Below, one piece after another: positions 66,212 through 76,707 of a DNA stretch of 124,000 bases. The stretch lies in the NCBI RefSeq assembly GCF_000737315.1, contig NZ_JMCB01000001.1, positions 20,001-144,000 on the forward strand, read 5' to 3'. The notes beneath the pieces are model-generated. The model was not told the DNA's origin. It did not search any database and was given only the letters and a program-made list of their open reading frames with translations. Source of the DNA: Hyalangium minutum. GTDB taxonomy: Bacteria > Myxococcota > Myxococcia > Myxococcales > Myxococcaceae. A program made the translations under genes and the position numbers. Each line of letters opens with the position of its first letter. Position 1 is the stretch's first letter.

Positions 66212-69200
66212 TCACCACGGCAGGGAGAAGAAGCTCACCTCCTTCACGGGCTCCGTCGCCACGGGCCCGGGAAGCAGCATCGCGCCGTCCGTTGTCAGCA
66301 GCAGTGTGCCGCCCGGCACCGCCATCGCGTCGTTCACGTCCCGCGTGGGCAGGAGCACCGCCCGCTTGCCGCCGTCCGCGCTCACCCGAACCGAGGGCAT
66401 GCCCAGGCCGCCCACCCACACCGTGTCACCCACCGCCTTCAGCGCGCGCAGTGGCACCCACTGGCCCTCCAAGCCCTGCACCTTCGACGCCCGGCCCTCC
66501 TTCACCGCGTACACCCCGCTGGCGTACGTGCCGACCCACACCGAGTCCCCGCGCGTCAGCAGCGCCGTCACCCAACCGCCCCGGTAGCCCTCCGCCGCGC
66601 CGAGCCGCTCACCCCGCCCGCCCTCGAAGCGGTACAGCCCATCCATGCCACCGGCCCACAGCGTCCCCTCCTGCCACGCCACCGCGAAGAACTTGCCCGC
66701 ATCCACCCCGGACTGCAGGTCCACCCGCCGCACCTGCGCTCCCGCAGACACCACCAGCAGCCCGCGGCTCGTCGCCACCGCCAGGCCCTCCGGTCCCACC
66801 GCGAGATCGTGCGCGCTCGCCTCGTGGATGCGCTCCACGCGCAGCCCCTTGCCCGAGCGGCTCAGCCGCAGCAGCCCGGCCTCCGTCCCCGCCCACAGTG
66901 CCCCATCGAACGAGGCCAGCGCGTTCACCTGCGCCTCACGCACATCGAGCTCCAGCGACACCGGCTCGGCCTGGTTCCCCGCCCACCGCCACAGCCCCGA
67001 GTCGAACCCGCCCAGGTACACCTCGCCCTCGAAGCGCGCCGCCGCCATCATCGCCGCCGAGCCCGCAGGCAGGGACAGCTGCGACAGCGCCACGTAGCGA
67101 TCGCGCCCCTTCTGCAGGAAGCGTCCGCTCCCGCTCGCCACCTCCACACCTCCCGCCGCCATCGAGAGCGAGAGCACGTGCGGGTGTGCGAACTTCGTGC
67201 GCAGCGCCCGCCCGCCCGTCACCCGCCACAGCCCGTTGTAGGCCGTGCCCACCAGCACGTCGCGCCCATCGGACACCACCCCCGTCACGTACACGCTGCC
67301 CACGTCCAGCTTGCTCCGCTCCAGCTTCTCTCCTCGCAGCTCCTTCAGGCCCTCGCCCAGCACGCCCACCAGCACCGTGCCCTCCGGCAGCGTCACCAGC
67401 CCTGTCACCGGGTGGCTCGGGAACGTGCCCACCGCGTGCGCCGTGCAGCGCTCCATTTCCTTTGCACAGGACAGGGAGACCAGCTCGCCGCTCTGCGTGC
67501 CGAAGAGCGCCGCACCGCCCTCCAGCGGCAGCACCGCCGTCAGCGCCAGCGAGGTGAGCGGCGCCTCGGCGTGCGCGTAGCGAAGCTCCTTCCCGGCCAC
67601 CGTGAGCCGCACCTCTTCGCCCACCAGCCGCAGGCCCTGGCCCTCCACCGACAGCGCCGGCACCTCGCGCTGGAGCGAAGTGCGAGAGGCCACCGCCACC
67701 GCCTCGTCCTCCACCATCGCGCTCAGCGTGTGGTTCTCCCACGTGAAGGCCAGGTGCACCGTGTTGCCCGCCCGGTCCCGCGCCACCACCGTGAAGGCCG
67801 AAGGCAGCTCCGTGAGCGGCACCAGCCACTCGCCCGAGAGCGCGCTCAGCGTCCGCGTCCACGTGTTGGCGCCCTCCAACCGCACGCCGCCCAGCTCCTG
67901 CCCCGCCTCCGCCGAGGTGATGCGCAGCACTCCCCGCTCCGTGTCCGCCTCCACCGCCACCGCCGGGCCCGCGTCATCCAACCGGTACCACGCGCGCTCC
68001 TGCCTCACCCGGCCGTCCGTGTAGCGCTTGAACACCTCCACCGCGTACAGCCGATCCGTCCACCCCCGCGGCACCAGGAAGCGATCCACGAACACGCCCT
68101 CCTTCGCGTCGTACACCAGCCGCCGGGCCTCGCCGAACGGGTACCACGCCGTCACCTCCTCCAGCCCCGGCTCCACCCGCGCCGTGAGCAGCGGATCGCC
68201 CGGCTTGATCGAATCCAGGCTTAGCTCGGGCGAGGACACCTGCAGCGCCGTGAACGCCGTGGGGATCTTCTCCTTCAGGCTCGTCTCGATGATGCGCTGC
68301 TTCAGCTCCGGATCCGGCGAGCGCTTGTACGCCGCCATCCACGTCGCCAGCTGGCGCTCGAAGTAGCCGCGCCGCACCGCACGGCCCTCGGGAGACTCGG
68401 GGCTGCGCACCGTCACCGGCACCTGCCGCCCCACCTGCCGCCCCTCGATGTGCGCCGCCACCTCCAGCGGAGCCTCCGAGGTGCTGAGGAAGAACAGGCG
68501 CAGCAGGCCGCCCTCGGCCACGCGCCGGCTCGAGCTGCCCATGGGCTCCACGCCGTGCCCGTCCTGCGTCAGCGCCGTCACCTCCAGCACCGGCAGCACC
68601 AGCTCGTCCGCCTGGGCGCGCAGCTTCGCCATCGCCTCCACCTCGGGATCGAACACCCGGGCGGACAGGGGCACCTGCCCCTCCATGAACGCGCGCTCGT
68701 GCGCATCCGCCAGGAAGACGAACGAGGGCAACAGCGGGAGGATCTGCTCGAAGCCCGCGAGCTGCAGGTCCGTCACGCCCACGCAGCGCACCTCCGGCGT
68801 GCGGCAGCGCGCGTCATCCATGGCCCGCGCAAACGAGGCCCCATGCGTGGTGTGCCCCGCCGTGCCGTCCAGCAGCGCCTTCACCACCGCCGCCGCGTCC
68901 CCGCTCGCCCGCTGCTCGCGGACCGTGTCTCCCACCGCGAACACCCGCACCGGCGCCGCCGACTGGTCCTGCAGGCGATCCACCAGCGCCTCGAGCGCCG
69001 CCCGGCGACGCCGCATGGAGAACGAGGCGTCCACATACAGGCGCAACTCCTTATAAGGAGCGCGCCACTCCCCGGCGTTGTTCAGCGCCACCCTCAGCCC
69101 CACCGCGGAGCTGCCGTCCTCCAGCTTCACCGCGTCCGCGCCGTAGGACAGCGGCGCGCCCTTCTCGCTCCACCACACCTCCACCGGCTTGTCCGTGGAG

Positions 69201-69832
69201 AACACCAGCCGCGTGCCGCGCTCGGAGCGGCCGAGCTGCGCGAACCGCGCCCCTTCCACGCCCACGTCCGCCAGCGGCTCCTCCGTCTGGACGTCCACCA
69301 CCACGGACGAGGCCGCCCGCCCCTGTCCCAGGAAGCGATCCACCGCCAGCGCCACCTGGCTGCGCCCCATCTCCCGCGCCACTGGCACCCGCAGCGTCAC
69401 CTCCACCCGCTGCAGGGCGCCCTCCCTCACCGGGTACACGGAGAAGCGCTGCACGCCCGCGTCCGTCTTCAGCAGCGCCGTGGCCCGCCCCTCCCCCGCG
69501 GCCTTCTCGTGCGCGGCCTCCGCCTCGCCCTTCTCCTTCAGCTCGGCGGCCAAGAAGCGCTCGCCCTGCCAGAAGCCGAAGGACACCACCGTGGCGCCCT
69601 CGGGCAGGTGGAGCTGGTAGTCCGCCTGGCCCAGCTCCGGCCCCGCGTTGTGGAACACCTGGACGAGGCGCACCTCCGCGTCCTCCCCACGTGCGTCCAC
69701 GTACAGGGACTGGCTCACCAGCGGGAGCTGGCGTGCCTCCGTGAAGAGGCCCGCCTTCTGGTTGTCCTGTGCACGGGCGGGCAGCGAGAGAAGCAGCAGG
69801 GAGACGAGGAAGCAGCAGCGAGCGGTGGTCAT
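66212..69832 (-). CDS. Secreted VIT/vWA-like protein with C-terminal beta-propeller
   Basis: VIT-like YQLHLPEGATV; VDASFSM MIDAS-like motif; repeated VWVGTY/GGLW propeller strands. Confidence 0.7.
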   Translation of the reverse strand: MTTARCCFLVSLLLLSLPARAQDNQKAGLFTEARQLPLVSQSLYVDARGEDAEVRLVQVFHNAGPELGQADYQLHLPEGATVVSFGFWQGERFLAAELKEKGEAEAAHEKAAGEGRATALLKTDAGVQRFSVYPVREGALQRVEVTLRVPVAREMGRSQVALAVDRFLGQGRAASSVVVDVQTEEPLADVGVEGARFAQLGRSERGTRLVFSTDKPVEVWWSEKGAPLSYGADAVKLEDGSSAVGLRVALNNAGEWRAPYKELRLYVDASFSMRRRRAALEALVDRLQDQSAAPVRVFAVGDTVREQRASGDAAAVVKALLDGTAGHTTHGASFARAMDDARCRTPEVRCVGVTDLQLAGFEQILPLLPSFVFLADAHERAFMEGQVPLSARVFDPEVEAMAKLRAQADELVLPVLEVTALTQDGHGVEPMGSSSRRVAEGGLLRLFFLSTSEAPLEVAAHIEGRQVGRQVPVTVRSPESPEGRAVRRGYFERQLATWMAAYKRSPDPELKQRIIETSLKEKIPTAFTALQVSSPELSLDSIKPGDPLLTARVEPGLEEVTAWYPFGEARRLVYDAKEGVFVDRFLVPRGWTDRLYAVEVFKRYTDGRVRQERAWYRLDDAGPAVAVEADTERGVLRITSAEAGQELGGVRLEGANTWTRTLSALSGEWLVPLTELPSAFTVVARDRAGNTVHLAFTWENHTLSAMVEDEAVAVASRTSLQREVPALSVEGQGLRLVGEEVRLTVAGKELRYAHAEAPLTSLALTAVLPLEGGAALFGTQSGELVSLSCAKEMERCTAHAVGTFPSHPVTGLVTLPEGTVLVGVLGEGLKELRGEKLERSKLDVGSVYVTGVVSDGRDVLVGTAYNGLWRVTGGRALRTKFAHPHVLSLSMAAGGVEVASGSGRFLQKGRDRYVALSQLSLPAGSAAMMAAARFEGEVYLGGFDSGLWRWAGNQAEPVSLELDVREAQVNALASFDGALWAGTEAGLLRLSRSGKGLRVERIHEASAHDLAVGPEGLAVATSRGLLVVSAGAQVRRVDLQSGVDAGKFFAVAWQEGTLWAGGMDGLYRFEGGRGERLGAAEGYRGGWVTALLTRGDSVWVGTYASGVYAVKEGRASKVQGLEGQWVPLRALKAVGDTVWVGGLGMPSVRVSADGGKRAVLLPTRDVNDAMAVPGGTLLLTTDGAMLLPGPVATEPVKEVSFFSLPW

Positions 69833-69872
69833 GGCAGTGGCTCGGTCAGGCAGGAGAGAAAGGGAGCGGACT

Positions 69873-70817
69873 TCAGAAGGTGGCGCGCAGGGGCAGCGAG
69901 GCCAACGAGCACTCGGGGAGCGCGTAGCGCTGTGTGCCCCCCGTTCCCTGGCTCAGCGAGAGCTGGAGGTGGAGCGCGTCCTCTCCCCGGCGCACCACCG
70001 GCTCCCGCGAGAGCGTGAGCCCGGGAGGCAACTCCACATCGAGGCCACAGCGCTCGGAGGCGCCACGCCCCTCGCGGAAGGGCACCACCTGGAGGCCGCC
70101 CTGGGTGACTCGCTCGACAGCGCCCAGCGGCGTCACGGTCAGCAGCGGGAGGCGCGAAGGGTCCTCGCTCTGGGAGGGCGCCAGGGCCGCCAACATCGCT
70201 CGCGCCAGCCCTTCCTCACCCGAGCGGACGCGGCCAATGTGCTGGTAGCTGCCCTCGGTGGCGTAGGCGAGCTTCCGGAAGATCTCCACACCGTCCGCGC
70301 CCAGCGAGCGGCAGCCAATCGCGTTGATGACGATGCGCTTGCCCACCGCCTCCTCGATAAGCGCCTCAGGCTTGGGCCGATCCGGATAGTCCAGATGAGG
70401 CGGCGCGTCCGCGATGATGAACACCTGGCGTTCAGTGTCCGGGCCCAGGTCCCACTTCAACTCGCGCAGCGCCGCCGTGAGGCCCGCGAGCACATCCTCG
70501 GGCGTATCTCCGCCCCCGTCCGCCGAGAGCGTGGCGAGGAACTGGTAGCTCACGTCTACGTCCTCGCTCAGCGGGGACACCCGCGTCAGGTAGGCATCGC
70601 CCTTGTCCTTGTAGGCCACCACGCCCACGCGGACGCGCTCGTTCGGACGCGCCGTGCGCAGCGCCTCCGTCAGCTCGCGGACACGCTCCTTGGCTTCGCG
70701 GATCTCCCCGGACATGGAGCCCGTGGTGTCCAGCAGGAAGACGAGTTCGAGGTGCGCCCGGGCTGAAACCGGCCAGAGCGAGAGGAGGAGCAGGAAAAGA
70801 AGGATTTGAGGGCGCAT
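69873..70817 (-). CDS. Secreted vWA-domain protein
   Basis: FLLDTTGSM, GGGDTPED and IADAPPH motifs. Confidence 0.85.
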   Translation of the reverse strand: MRPQILLFLLLLSLWPVSARAHLELVFLLDTTGSMSGEIREAKERVRELTEALRTARPNERVRVGVVAYKDKGDAYLTRVSPLSEDVDVSYQFLATLSADGGGDTPEDVLAGLTAALRELKWDLGPDTERQVFIIADAPPHLDYPDRPKPEALIEEAVGKRIVINAIGCRSLGADGVEIFRKLAYATEGSYQHIGRVRSGEEGLARAMLAALAPSQSEDPSRLPLLTVTPLGAVERVTQGGLQVVPFREGRGASERCGLDVELPPGLTLSREPVVRRGEDALHLQLSLSQGTGGTQRYALPECSLASLPLRATF

Positions 70818-71006
70818 GGACACAGGGGGCAGGTGTCCATCGGCTAGAGCAGGAACTGGACCAGCGCCCCGGCGCTCGGAGACGCGCGGCTCGTGGTCCT
70901 CGGCCCACACACGCCGTGTCGGGGTGCCCACACGTCCAAGGAGTGCATTTGTGTGTCAGCGCCGCTTGACAGTGTGGATCCCCTCACCTGAGCATCCGAG
71001 ACACCC

Positions 71007-71609
71007 ATGTCCGCGACCGCCCAGAGCGAGCCCGTCGTCTTCAGTCAGTTGTTCGAGGCCCTGGTCATGCACGCCATGCGGGGCAGGTTGGATCCCGACG
71101 CCGTGCGCCGCCTCGAGACCGCCGGGCTCGACCTGAGCCGCCCGCTGCTTGTCGCCTACCCCCTCACCGTCTGGTACGACGTGGTGGGGATCTGCTCGGA
71201 GCTGCTCTTCCCGAACCTGCTTCGCAACGAGGCCACGTACGCCACCGGCAAGAAAACGGCCGAGGGCTACAGCCACACCACCATGGGCAAGGCGCTCTTC
71301 GACGGCCTGCGCAAGCTGGGCTGGCAGCGGGCGCTGAGCCAGCTGGCGCGCTCGCTGAAGACGGGCGGCAACTTCCTGGCGGCGCACTCCCACGAGCTGC
71401 CGGGCGGAGAGCTGGAGATCACCCTCGAGGTTCTCCCCGAGTTCATCCCCGCCCTGGCCGCGCACCCCGGCATCGACGCCAGCTTCATGCGCGGCTTCCT
71501 GGATGCGTCCGCGGAGCTTGTCCGCGGCCCGGCCTCGCCTCGCTTCGCGCTCACGGCGACGGACCCCGCCGCCCGCCGCGCTACCTTCGTGCTTCGCGAG
71601 AAGGCTTGA
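71007..71609 (+). CDS. DUF2378-family myxobacterial protein
   Basis: FEAL...GLDLSRPLLVAYP...W pattern. Confidence 0.75.
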   Translation: MSATAQSEPVVFSQLFEALVMHAMRGRLDPDAVRRLETAGLDLSRPLLVAYPLTVWYDVVGICSELLFPNLLRNEATYATGKKTAEGYSHTTMGKALFDGLRKLGWQRALSQLARSLKTGGNFLAAHSHELPGGELEITLEVLPEFIPALAAHPGIDASFMRGFLDASAELVRGPASPRFALTATDPAARRATFVLREKA

Positions 71610-74181
71610 GCCCGCTTCGAGGCAGGTACACGGTGAACGTCGCGCCCTCGCTGGGCTCGCTCCGCACTTCGATGCGGCCTCCCATCAGCCCCAACAGCTC
71701 CCGGGTGATCCACAGCCCCAGCCCCAGCCCTCCGTAGTTCTTCTCGGACACCGCGCGCGCAAAGCGCTCGAAGATGCGCTCATGGTCCTCGGGGGCGATG
71801 CCGATGCCATGGTCCCTCACCCGGATCATCACGTGCTCCGGGGTGGAGAAGATCGCGATCTGGATCGGCTGGCCTGGGCCGTACTTCGACGCGTTGGTGA
71901 GCAGGTTGGTCAGCACCTGCTCCAGCCGCAGCCGATCCCACCACCCCACGAGCGGCCCATCCCACGTGAGTGAGACGGCACAGCCGGCCCGCTCGAGCTC
72001 GGGCATCATCCTCTGGACGGCGTCCTCCACGAAGGCGGTGAGCTCGAACTCCTCCTTGTTCAGCCTCAGCATGTCCCGGGTGAGGCGCCTCACGTCCAGC
72101 AGCTCGTTCATGAGCCGCTTGAGCTGGTTGGCCTGGCTCTGGCACTGGGCAATCCGCCGCCGCAGCGCTTCGGGTGGCTCTTCCAGCCCGCGGCGCTGCA
72201 GATTCGCCAGGCTCAGCAAGAGGGCCGTCAGCGGCGTCTTCAGCTCGTGCCCCGCCACCAGGACGAACTGATCCCGGAGCGCGATGGCCTCCTGCGCCTC
72301 CTGGTAGAGCCGGGCCCGCTCCAGGGCCTGGGCACAGAGCTGGGCCAGCGCGAGCGCGAACGCACGCTCTTCCGGGCTGAAGGTGCGCGCGGTGCCGAAG
72401 CTGAGCACCAGCCCCCCGATCACCCTCCCCTCGACCCACAGGGGCAACGCCATCCAAGCGCCATCGATGATCTCCGGGACCCGCGACACCAGCTCCGGGT
72501 AGCGCTCCCGCATCACCCGCCCGGACTCGACCCAGATCGCCGTCTGCTGCTTCAGCGCGCAAGTGATGGGCGCGTTCATCGTCAAGGGGATGCGTGCGTA
72601 ACGCCGTCTCACCTGGCTGTCATACCCGGAGGCATGGAGCAGCTCGGCCGCCGTGCCGCTGGCGTCCACCCGGTACACCGCCGCAGCCCGCGCGAAGAGC
72701 GTGTCCTTGACCTCGTTCATGACGGCATCGGCGATCTGCGCGGGCAGCAAGGCCATTCCCAGGGACACGGCCACCCGGTGCAGGGCCTCGGTCCGATGCT
72801 CCAGCACCCCCTCGCGCTGACGGATCTCCCGCTCGATCCAGTGCAGCCGCGCGGCATCGAGCGCGGGTGAGGCCAGCACCGCGAGCACCTCCGCGAGCGC
72901 CAGGTCCTCGGCCCCGAGCGGCCCGGTGGGATCCGTCGAGGCAAACCAGAGGCACCCCAGGACATCGCCGTCCCATCTCAGCGGCACCACCAGGAAGTCC
73001 GTGAGCCCGGCCCCCCGCAGCTGGCCCAGGTGCTCCTCATCCAGGGACACGGCCTGGAGCACCAGCTCTGGGGAGCCACTGAGGAGCTGAGCCCGGCCGG
73101 TGTGAAGGGCCCGGGTGAGGATCGGGAAGAGCCGCGCCCAGGGGCCCTGCTCCCCGCCAGGACTGTCCGGGAAGAGCGCCATGCGCTCCAGCCCTTGCCC
73201 CTGAAGGAGCGCCACGCCCCCCCGATCCCCGAGCCACGGGAGCGCCAGCTGCTCGATGCGGCGGAAGAGCTCCCGCGTGTCCAGGCCCTTGGCCAGCGTC
73301 TGCCCCACCCGCGTCACCCAGGCGAGCCGCTCCTCGGCAGTCAGGGTGTGCGCCCGAGGCGTCCGCGTCCGGGAGGACAGTGGCTCCAGCCCCTGTGGCG
73401 AGGCCGGTTTCCCCCGAGTCACGCGGGACGCGCGGCGGCCAAAGCGCGCAGCCGAGAACGCATGCACCACGGCCAATACTGAGCGCACTTGCCCCTCCTG
73501 GTCGAACTCGGGGATCAGCCGCGAGTGCATTCGGGCGGGCTGGGGCTCTCGGCCCTCGCCCATGATGAGGAACCGGAACTCCAGTTCCTGTTGCTCTCCT
73601 CTTCGGAACGCCCGGCGGAATCCCTCGTTCCAGAGCCGGACGAGCTGCGGGGGCATGCCCAGTTCCTCGTTCGTCTTCCCCAGGAAGACCGCCGGGGGAA
73701 TGCCCAAGAGCTGCTCGCAGGAGGGGCTCATGTCGCTGTGGCGCAGTTGGGGATCCAGGCGCGTGATGAGCCGGCCCAGGGCACCGGGCTCCTCGGGCGC
73801 TAGGGAGAAACCAGGCGCTGCGCCATCTCCCTGCGTGATTCCCACCATCTGCCCGAGGAGCCACACCGTTCCCCGCTTCCGGACAGCATCCAGCGAGAGC
73901 TGGAACAGGCGAGGCGCCGCCCTGGCCCCACGGACAAGATACCGGCCCACCGAAGGATGGCCGCGGGTGGCGGCCTGACAGCTCGCGAGAAAACGCTCCT
74001 GGTCCTGCGCGAACAGCGTCTCCCACAGGAAGTGGGAGTCGTCCCACCAACGCGCCAGGGGGAAGCCGAGTGCCTCGGCATGCCCCTTCACGAACCGGCA
74101 CCGCAACGTCTCTGCTTCCGCCTCCCAGCTCACACAAATGGTGTGGGCGGGAAAGCAGCCGACCCTCGGATACTCCGTCAT
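71581..74181 (-). CDS. PAS/GAF sensor histidine kinase
   Basis: HELKTPLT, NLLTNASKY, DHGIGI and GLGLGL motifs; FLGKTNEELG PAS segment. Confidence 0.9.
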   Translation of the reverse strand: MTEYPRVGCFPAHTICVSWEAEAETLRCRFVKGHAEALGFPLARWWDDSHFLWETLFAQDQERFLASCQAATRGHPSVGRYLVRGARAAPRLFQLSLDAVRKRGTVWLLGQMVGITQGDGAAPGFSLAPEEPGALGRLITRLDPQLRHSDMSPSCEQLLGIPPAVFLGKTNEELGMPPQLVRLWNEGFRRAFRRGEQQELEFRFLIMGEGREPQPARMHSRLIPEFDQEGQVRSVLAVVHAFSAARFGRRASRVTRGKPASPQGLEPLSSRTRTPRAHTLTAEERLAWVTRVGQTLAKGLDTRELFRRIEQLALPWLGDRGGVALLQGQGLERMALFPDSPGGEQGPWARLFPILTRALHTGRAQLLSGSPELVLQAVSLDEEHLGQLRGAGLTDFLVVPLRWDGDVLGCLWFASTDPTGPLGAEDLALAEVLAVLASPALDAARLHWIEREIRQREGVLEHRTEALHRVAVSLGMALLPAQIADAVMNEVKDTLFARAAAVYRVDASGTAAELLHASGYDSQVRRRYARIPLTMNAPITCALKQQTAIWVESGRVMRERYPELVSRVPEIIDGAWMALPLWVEGRVIGGLVLSFGTARTFSPEERAFALALAQLCAQALERARLYQEAQEAIALRDQFVLVAGHELKTPLTALLLSLANLQRRGLEEPPEALRRRIAQCQSQANQLKRLMNELLDVRRLTRDMLRLNKEEFELTAFVEDAVQRMMPELERAGCAVSLTWDGPLVGWWDRLRLEQVLTNLLTNASKYGPGQPIQIAIFSTPEHVMIRVRDHGIGIAPEDHERIFERFARAVSEKNYGGLGLGLWITRELLGLMGGRIEVRSEPSEGATFTVYLPRSGLKPSREARR

Positions 74182-74328
74182 GTCCCCCCCACAATCCGCT
74201 CTGGGATTTCGTTTGGGATCACTGGGAACTGTTTCGTCCCTCAGTCACTAACACTCCCTTCACCTCACATGTTGATTCACCCTGGGTATTCCCCGAGGGC
74301 AGTGTCCCTGACGCCCCAGGGAGTTGGC

Positions 74329-76701
74329 TTACGGACGCTCGCGAACGACGAGCCGCCGGCGCGAGGAGAGGCCGCGGTCGTCGGTGACGAGGATCTCGTG
74401 GGTGCCCACGGCAGGCGTCCACCACAGGCGCTCGTCGGCCTTCGCCCGGCCGAGGAACTTTCCATTCACGAACCAGGTCAGCTCGCGATCGTGCGCTGTC
74501 TCCGCCTCCAGCGGGACTTCTTGCTGATCCGCGGAGACGCCAGGGATGAGGAGCGCCACCTGGCCCTCGGCGGGCGAGAGGATCTCCGGGGCGTGCTCGG
74601 CCCCACCAGGCTCGCAGCCAGGCGCGTACGCAGGAGGCGTGGGCAGGCTGCGGTGCTGCTCGGTGAGCCACCGGCGGATGCTCGCCGGCCACGTGAGGTA
74701 CACGCGGGACTCGACTTCACGGCCCGCCCGGCACGCGGGGCTCACCGCCAGCCCCGTCTTCGCGTCCACCTCCACCTTCAGGTGGTAGGGACAGGGCTCG
74801 GTGGGCACCGCGGAGCGCCGCGCGTAGACCTCCTTGCGATCCTTGCACGCGTCCGTGGGCAGGTGCCCGGAGTAGGTGCACACCTCCACGAGCGTGAGGT
74901 CCTGCGGCGCCACCGGCTCTTCCTTCACCGAGGCACGTCCGCGCGGGCCCACCGCCTCGAGCAGCTCGAAGAGCAGCGGCCCAGCGGCGTCCGCGCCCAC
75001 GAGGTGCACGCTGGGGGTGTTGTTCATGTTGCCGAGCCACACCACCGCCGTATGCCGGGGCCCCGAGCCCGCCGCCCACGCATCGCGGTGGCCAAAGCTC
75101 GTGCCCGTCTTCCAGTGCACCTGCGCGGGCATGCCGGTGAGCTGACGGCGCGCGGGGAAGTCCGGACGATCTCTCAGGGACAGGGAGCGCCGGGTGAGCC
75201 AAGCCGCACCTGGGGAGAACAGCTCCCGGGGCTCGGGGCGAGGCTTGCCCTCGTCCAGCAACAGCAGCGGGCGCGAGCGTCCTTCCTGCGCGAACGCCAC
75301 GTACAGCCCCGCCAGCTCCAGCGGCGTTACTTCGAGGCCACCCACGGCCGCGGACAGGCCGTAGTAGCCGGGATCGGGCCGCAGGCTGTTCACCCCGGCC
75401 AGACGCAGTGTGCCCAGGAAGCGCTCCACCCCGAGCGACCGCAGCAGGTTCACGAACGGCAGGTTGAGGGACTGAGAGAGGGCGTACTCCATGCGCACCA
75501 CGCCCATGAAGCGCCCGTCGAAGTTGTGCGGCACATAGCCGCCGTAGGACTCGGGAATGTCCGACACGAGGTGCTCGGGCAGCACGAGCCCTCGATCAAT
75601 GCCCATGGCATAGATGAGCGGCTTGAGCGCCGAGCCCGGCGAGCGCGGCGTGTCGAAGCCGGGGATCTGCCCACCGTGCCGGGTGTCGAAGAAGTCGAAG
75701 CTGCCCACCAGCGCGAGCACCTCGGCGCGCTCGTGGTCCACCACCACCGCGGCTCCGTTGTGGATGCCCTTGGTGGCCAGATCTCCCGCCGCGTCGCGCA
75801 TGAGGCGCTCGGCCAGCCGCTGCGTGCCCGCGTCCAGCGTGGTGCGCAGCCGCGTGAGGTCCCCGCGCAGGGCACGCAGGTACATGGCCGCGTGCGGAGC
75901 TTCCCGGGGGAACGGCGTGAGCCCGCGCGGCACGGGCGTGTTGCGGACCTCGGCGAGCACGGCCTCGGAGGAGGCCTTCGCCTCGGCGGGCCCCAGCGGG
76001 AGCGCCAGGTCCTCCAGCAGCCGTCGCGCCACCTCGTCCCGAGCCGCCTTGAGCCGCGCGGCATTCTCCGGCGTGGGGAAGCGCCGGTTCGGGTTCTGGG
76101 GCACCGCGAGCAGTGTGGCGATCTCCGCGGGGCTCAGGTGCGCGGAGCTGTGCCCGAAGTAGGCCAGGGACGCGGCCTCCACGCCCTCCACGTTGCGCCC
76201 GTAGGGGACGAACTGGAGGTAGGCCGAGAGAATGTCGTCCTTGGACAGGCGCAGCTCGAGCTGCACGGCCCGGAAGGACTCGATGAGCTTGGACAGCAGG
76301 GTGCGCGGCCGGGGCTCCAGCACGCGCACCAACTGCATGGTGAGCGTCGAGGCCCCGGACACCCGGCGCCCCTTCGTCACGTTGGACAGCACCGCGCGCA
76401 CCACCGCGAGGGGATCCACGCCGGGGTGCCAGGCGAAGCGCTTGTCCTCCAGCGCGAACAGCGCCCGGAGGTAGGCCGGGTCGATGGCCTGCGGCCTCAG
76501 GGGAATGCGCCACCGCTCATCCGGCGCAAGGAAGACGTGGGCCGGAGTTCCATCCCGGTACTCGATGACCACCGAGTGCGGCGAGGAGAGCCGCTCCGGC
76601 AGAGGCACCCACCACGCCGCCGCCCCCCCTGCCCCGATGAGAGCGAGGAGGAACAGCAGCGCGACGGCCACCCGTCTCCTGGTGATGCGCGGCAGCTTCA
76701 T
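74329..76701 (-). CDS. pbpC: Penicillin-binding protein 1C
   Basis: EDKRF, GASTLTMQL, SALK, SLN and KTGT motifs; follows the A2M gene. Confidence 0.93.
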   Translation of the reverse strand: MKLPRITRRRVAVALLFLLALIGAGGAAAWWVPLPERLSSPHSVVIEYRDGTPAHVFLAPDERWRIPLRPQAIDPAYLRALFALEDKRFAWHPGVDPLAVVRAVLSNVTKGRRVSGASTLTMQLVRVLEPRPRTLLSKLIESFRAVQLELRLSKDDILSAYLQFVPYGRNVEGVEAASLAYFGHSSAHLSPAEIATLLAVPQNPNRRFPTPENAARLKAARDEVARRLLEDLALPLGPAEAKASSEAVLAEVRNTPVPRGLTPFPREAPHAAMYLRALRGDLTRLRTTLDAGTQRLAERLMRDAAGDLATKGIHNGAAVVVDHERAEVLALVGSFDFFDTRHGGQIPGFDTPRSPGSALKPLIYAMGIDRGLVLPEHLVSDIPESYGGYVPHNFDGRFMGVVRMEYALSQSLNLPFVNLLRSLGVERFLGTLRLAGVNSLRPDPGYYGLSAAVGGLEVTPLELAGLYVAFAQEGRSRPLLLLDEGKPRPEPRELFSPGAAWLTRRSLSLRDRPDFPARRQLTGMPAQVHWKTGTSFGHRDAWAAGSGPRHTAVVWLGNMNNTPSVHLVGADAAGPLLFELLEAVGPRGRASVKEEPVAPQDLTLVEVCTYSGHLPTDACKDRKEVYARRSAVPTEPCPYHLKVEVDAKTGLAVSPACRAGREVESRVYLTWPASIRRWLTEQHRSLPTPPAYAPGCEPGGAEHAPEILSPAEGQVALLIPGVSADQQEVPLEAETAHDRELTWFVNGKFLGRAKADERLWWTPAVGTHEILVTDDRGLSSRRRLVVRERP

Positions 76702-76707
76702 GAAGGG

